Notes under the pieces: generated by a model | Told to the model about the DNA's origin: nothing | Seen by the model: only the letters and a program-made list of their open reading frames with translations | Database searches by the model: none | Shown: one piece after another, positions 59,953-64,000 of the stretch | How positions within the stretch are numbered: the first letter of the stretch is position 1 | How the letters are laid out: every line of letters starts with the position of its first letter | Program-made: the position numbers and the translations under genes | Source: a virus | Reading direction: 5' to 3' (one strand) | Length of the DNA stretch: 64,000 nucleotides | IMG/VR virus record: IMGVR_UViG_3300017917_002918 | Coordinates: 32,001-96,000 of that record

Positions 59953-60156
59953 TTATTTATTCCACGTCTCGGATATTTCACCCGTTGCACCACAATTATT
60001 GCAATAAACAGGGTAGGTTTCCACATCTTTTGCCATGCCTTTTAAATATGTAATTTCACCGAATTTTACTTTTGGACTTTTGCATTTAGGACAATATATG
60101 AGAGTCCCTTCGAATCCAAACCACCAATTACTAATTGCTTTATATATTGATTTCAC
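59953..60156 (-). CDS. Small Zn-ribbon protein (Lar-like pattern)
   Basis: CPKC...V-CNNCGATG. Confidence 0.5.
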   Translation of the reverse strand: MKSIYKAISNWWFGFEGTLIYCPKCKSPKVKFGEITYLKGMAKDVETYPVYCNNCGATGEISETWNK

Positions 60157-60792
60157 AGATAATACACCTACGCTTTCACATTTAATTTTGCAAAACTGTT
60201 CTTGCAGTAATCTTTAGCCTTTTTTAATGCTATTTTCCTATCTTTATCACCAATCCCGAAAACTTCGATATGGGAATATCCAGTCCTAACCAAACAAAAC
60301 CAACCATTTTCATTGATAAAATCGTACTGTCTCATAGCTTTATCACCTCATAAATTTCTCATTTTATTATCCTTTTATCTAATAAAAGAAATAATTTATT
60401 GTTATTTCAACCTACCCAATATTGATAATATTGTCCATATACACACTATAGTTCCAGCTAAATAAATGTAAGACGAAATATAATTTTTTCTTAAACTATA
60501 TTTAATGGCAAGTATGCTAAAAATTAATTGTAATATAAATAATATAAATACCATCACTCAACACTCCCATCTTCAATTTTAACATCCCATGATTCTGAGT
60601 CTGTTGAATAAATCACAAATTGTTGCTGAAATTCATCTTCAGGCACTTCTATTACTAACACATCAAGTTTAATACTACGTATTACGGCGTAATCTCTAGG
60701 TAAATATCCCTTGAATTTAAATGATACTTTCATTCCTACTTTTAATATGTCCTCATCCCAAACTAATATAGGTATCATTTTTTGCTTAGTCA

Positions 60793-61011
60793 TTACTCAC
60801 CACGCTCCTTATCCTTCTCTGCCTTACAAAACTCTTCAAAGCTTAGTACATCGGTATCAATCAAATCATCTATACCTCCAGTTAATAAGTCCAACAAATA
60901 TGCATCATACTTGTCTCTCATTACTATAAGATCGCCTCTCTTACTTAGTGTACCTTTTTCTGCTGAATCAATTGTTGTGATTGAGCTTCCATTTACAAAT
61001 TCTATTTTCAT
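60793..61011 (-). CDS. Hypothetical protein
   Basis: RBS abuts site 61023. Confidence 0.55.
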   Translation of the reverse strand: MKIEFVNGSSITTIDSAEKGTLSKRGDLIVMRDKYDAYLLDLLTGGIDDLIDTDVLSFEEFCKAEKDKERGE

Positions 61012-61760
61012 ACATACTCCTTATAAAATCAGCATTTTACTGTAGTTAATTTGTTCTCTTTTCATAAAATTTAATGATGTTGTATATCATTTTTAAAACA
61101 TTATCGGCTGTTATTTCTTTTTCTGTAGCTTCAAGCACAAGAGACATAATTGTTGTTCTAAAAACATAGTTTTTTTCAAAAAATTCCTTGTAATCATTAT
61201 TAGAATTAATTAATAGCTCAACTTCAGAAGTTTTCATAATTCACATCTCTTTTATATTACTGACTAATTTGTTTTTTACAAGAGATAGTCCGTAAAGATT
61301 CAAATTTTCAAAATCCACAGGTGAACTATCTAGGTACTCAAAATATTTTGCTTCCGCACAGCTAGGAGAACAATAAAATTCAGTCAACCATTTGCTATAC
61401 TCAACTTCCATACCTTTAACCAATACAACTTTACATTGTCCACATAATATATTTTTACTCATATTAATTATTAACCCCCTGTTTTATCTTCTTTTACAGA
61501 ATAATATTATATCAATTTAATATTGAATATTAAACTACCAATAAATTAATTAATTTGGAATTTCACAGAGTCTATTTACTATTTCGTAAAACATATTAAG
61601 ACATTCAGAGCTACAAAATTTTCCATGAGATAATATTTCAACATAGTTAGTTTCATCATCACACATTAAGCATTTGTCATATTTGTCTTTTTTCATTAAC
61701 ATATATATCCCCATATCATTATCTGTAAATTTCAACATTATCACCATCCTTATTATTAAA

Positions 61761-62021
61761 TTATACCTTATAAACCAAGTGTCTTATTTCCTTGTGTGTT
61801 ACAGTGGTTATGATACAGCTTAATTTATAATTAGTTACTACTAAATCTGAAATAATACATTCTTTGGGAATACTAATTCCATAACAATGACCAATTACAG
61901 ATGATCTTTTTATTGCTATTTTATTTTTAATCTCTTCAACATAACTTTCCCAACTCTCCACTTCAATTACTCTTGATTGAAAATCTTGATCATATATATT
62001 TGTTTCAATGACCATAATCAT
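61761..62021 (-). CDS. Hypothetical protein
   Basis: RBS abuts site 62038. Confidence 0.5.
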   Translation of the reverse strand: MIMVIETNIYDQDFQSRVIEVESWESYVEEIKNKIAIKRSSVIGHCYGISIPKECIISDLVVTNYKLSCIITTVTHKEIRHLVYKV

Positions 62022-62054
62022 CTAAATCACCATCCTTATAAATTCGTTCTTTTA

Positions 62055-62318
62055 TTACAATTTTAGCTTCTTTAGTTCCTTTATTAATTTGTTTACTTCT
62101 TTGACACAAAATTCTTCTAATCCACCAGCTTCTTCGATCTCATCGCTAGAATCTAATTCAGAATTATATATCTGAATTCCTATGAACTCTATTATAGACA
62201 CAAACCCATCTGTTATTAGATCAAATCTAAATCTACTAAAATTATCTTCTTTTCCAAAAAGTCTTATTTCAAAAAGTCTATCATTTAAATTAGATACCAC
62301 ATCTACTTCATTTATCAT
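62055..62318 (-). CDS. Hypothetical cassette-like ORF
   Basis: Bounded by sites 62334 and 62038. Confidence 0.6.
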   Translation of the reverse strand: MINEVDVVSNLNDRLFEIRLFGKEDNFSRFRFDLITDGFVSIIEFIGIQIYNSELDSSDEIEEAGGLEEFCVKEVNKLIKELKKLKL

Positions 62319-62350
62319 TTAAATCACCTCTCGATCAAATCATGTTTTTA

Positions 62351-62806
62351 TTACGTTATTTTGCGAAAGAAATCCCAAGGTAAAGACTTTGTTTTAACTG
62401 TGGTAGATGGTGGAACTGGTTCAGATTTCTTTGTTTTTTCTTTATTAACAAAATCCAATATCTTCTCAGTTAATTGCATTGCTCCTTCTGTTGTGTGAAA
62501 AACCAAACCTCGCTCATAATTCCTATTATCAAACCCATCATCCTGCCAAGTAAGCTGAGTATAACCTTTATTATCGTCAATGCTTGTAAGATAATAAATA
62601 TCCCCTACTTTGGGCTTTCCGATTTTTCTTACCGTTATAAAGCCTCTGATTAAATCCAGTAAAACATCATCGTTTCTATCGCCATTTTTATCTTCTACTC
62701 CATCTTCGGTCATTTTAAATATTAAATTATCCATAAACTCATTGATTCCAAATAATTCTCCTAATTCTAAATCAAACATTTTGGCTATTTGTTCCATTCT
62801 CTCCAT
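62351..62806 (-). CDS. Hypothetical phage protein
   Basis: Stop codon overlaps site 62334. Confidence 0.55.
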   Translation of the reverse strand: MERMEQIAKMFDLELGELFGINEFMDNLIFKMTEDGVEDKNGDRNDDVLLDLIRGFITVRKIGKPKVGDIYYLTSIDDNKGYTQLTWQDDGFDNRNYERGLVFHTTEGAMQLTEKILDFVNKEKTKKSEPVPPSTTVKTKSLPWDFFRKIT

Positions 62807-63319
62807 CTAAACCATCTCCTTTTAAGTACTTTTCATAATATTCCTGCTTCTAAATATGCCTTACTTATGTTTTCAGCATTATTAACTATATTAATCATTT
62901 CTTTTGCTCTTAGCTCAATTTCTTCGTTTGACTTACATTGTTCAAGTATTTCTAAAATAATTTTCATAAAATCATGTTTATCCATAACAACAATCTCCTT
63001 TATACCCTCTTCCCGATCTGAATGTCGGAAACATATTTTGCTACCGATCTTAATGTCGGGAGCACACTTACCGATAAAATGAAAGTTTTACAATATTTAC
63101 TTCACATTACTTGAAGCATTAAACTCACGATTCTCATTAACTATTTTCTCCATAATATGTAACAATGCTTGATAATTGCATTTACCACATGACTTATTGC
63201 TACTTCCGAACTCGCATGGTAAACATTGCTCATTAACCACTTGATTAAACAATAAATCCATTTTTTCTTTAATGTTCTTTTCCATAATTCACCTCGTTAT
63301 CATGATTTAATTATATATT

Positions 63320-63431
63320 GAGAGTAGAAGGGATTCGAACCCTCACTATATGCACCTTACCCTACTAACCACCTGTGCATATCGCCCGTGCAGACCCACG
63401 CAACTGCTTTTACCATTTAGCAACTACTCTC
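63320..63431 (-). ncRNA. tRNA-like RNA (112 nt) with aberrant anticodon and variable region
   Basis: GAGAGTAG/CTACTCTC terminal stem, D-arm GCT-AAATGGTAAA-AGC, T-arm GAGGG-TTCGAAT-CCCTT; no 7-nt anticodon loop; no encoded CCA. Confidence 0.7.
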
Positions 63432-63449
63432 ATATATAATCATAATTTA

Positions 63450-63477
63450 ATTATAAACTATTTAATTAAAATGTCAA
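63450..63477 (-). promoter_or_regulatory. SigA-type promoter for tRNA-like RNA
   Basis: TTGACA-16 bp-TATAAT; overlaps repeated motif. Confidence 0.75.
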
Positions 63478-63517
63478 TAGTTTATGCTGTTATTTTTACG
63501 GTTTATCATTATTCCTC

Positions 63518-63814
63518 TCAACCATAGATTGCATTAAATTCACTTTCCCATTGTTGACAGTTAGAAATACCACTACCTTTCACAAATATCTCTAATCCTG
63601 TTAAACCACATATAGTTTTGTCATGCAATATCATATTAATACATGTTGCACATGATTTTGTAGCTTCATTATAGAAACACTTTTCCTCATGCTTTTGTGC
63701 TTCTTTTTCTTTTGCATAAGATTTCTTACAAAAATCACATTTAAATCTAATGATTTGTTTCGGCATTATGAATCTCCTCTCTATTGTTGTATGTATCTCT
63801 GTACTCAGCACCAA
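63518..63814 (-). CDS. Cys/His-rich zinc-finger protein
   Basis: CDFC...HEEKC...CATC. Confidence 0.55.
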   Translation of the reverse strand: MVLSTEIHTTIERRFIMPKQIIRFKCDFCKKSYAKEKEAQKHEEKCFYNEATKSCATCINMILHDKTICGLTGLEIFVKGSGISNCQQWESEFNAIYG

Positions 63815-64000
63815 CCCATATTAAAAACGCAACCATTTTCCATCCATGTTGCTCAATATCTGTAACAAGTAGATCCACCAACTTCCATGTGTCAGGATGC
63901 ATTTTAAACTTATCTTTGTGCCTGTCCCAATATTTCTTAGGATCTGCGTTTGTCCATGGATCTTTATTATACGCTTGACCTGCTGCTTTCCAGTCACAAA

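Larger units (their letters stand above)
44125..63091 (-). mobile_element. Candidate gene-cassette arrays delimited by 18-bp RTMAAW-N6-WTTTAB sites (clusters at about 44.1-53.0 kb and 60.3-63.1 kb)
   Basis: Sites start at 44125, 45236, 45498, 45740 (degenerate), 46651, 47067, 47926, 48183, 48613 (5-bp centre), 49239, 49815, 50365, 51382, 52943, 60350, 60382, 61023, 62038, 62334, 63074; all at gene junctions. Confidence 0.55.
7050..63453 (-). promoter_or_regulatory. Dispersed operator-like motif (coding strand TAATTAAATTAT(GAT))
   Basis: Exact ATAATTTAATTA on + at 7050, 8040, 9663, 10409, 14042, 14264, 16581, 19075, 23417, 26086, 29051, 30088, 33547, 38944, 39131, 42307, 44089, 54161, 63442, plus variants; all at intergenic positions or gene ends. 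Confidence 0.8.

Noticed and set aside
28757-61558. Weaker junction-site candidates at 28757, 49353, 52101 and 61541
   Set aside because: At junctions but with several arm mismatches; cannot be separated from AT-rich background by eye, so not counted.
7163-63082. Plus-strand ORFs overlapping minus-strand genes (e.g. 9865, 14987, 21772, 24806, 28077, 41540, 57227)
   Set aside because: Antisense shadows of well-supported genes, with no motifs of their own.
63320-63431. Canonical decoding tRNA (e.g. His or Sec)
   Set aside because: No 5-bp stem with 7-nt anticodon loop can be drawn, so no anticodon can be assigned.

Overview
This window is part of a large, AT-rich temperate phage of low-GC Firmicutes (probably Clostridia) with SPbeta-like gene content and order. 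It looks like a phage-plasmid. Left to right: (1) lysis genes (holin-like protein, amidase endolysin); (2) a plasmid-type maintenance block (ParA plus small partner, Rep-like gene with 3 x 21-bp iterons, HTH initiator-like gene, intact XerC-type tyrosine recombinase); (3) a long minus-strand replication and nucleotide-metabolism region (RusA-like resolvase, dUTPase, class II RNR carrying both an intein and a 218-nt group I intron, RecD2-like helicase, a family-B polymerase with a DnaE-like tail, PD-(D/E)XK nuclease, primase, DnaB helicase, UvsE, LigA); (4) six orphan DNA methyltransferases; (5) SroE/SroF(MrpR)-like repressors downstream of a MazF-like gene; (6) many small accessory ORFs. Four non-coding signals stand out. 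First, about 20 copies of an 18-bp site (RTMAAW-N6-WTTTAB, variable 6-bp centre) sit at gene junctions between a stop codon and the next RBS, four of them with an accessory motif exactly 16 bp away; this is a candidate integron-like cassette system. Second, an orphan TnpB-type omega-RNA-like locus has its own promoter and closing stem, and its guide position resembles the phage's repeated promoter motif. Third, that motif (ATAATTTAATTA on +) occurs at least 19 times in one orientation. Fourth, a 112-nt tRNA-like RNA has an aberrant anticodon and variable arm. All family assignments come from motif recognition by eye; no searches were run.
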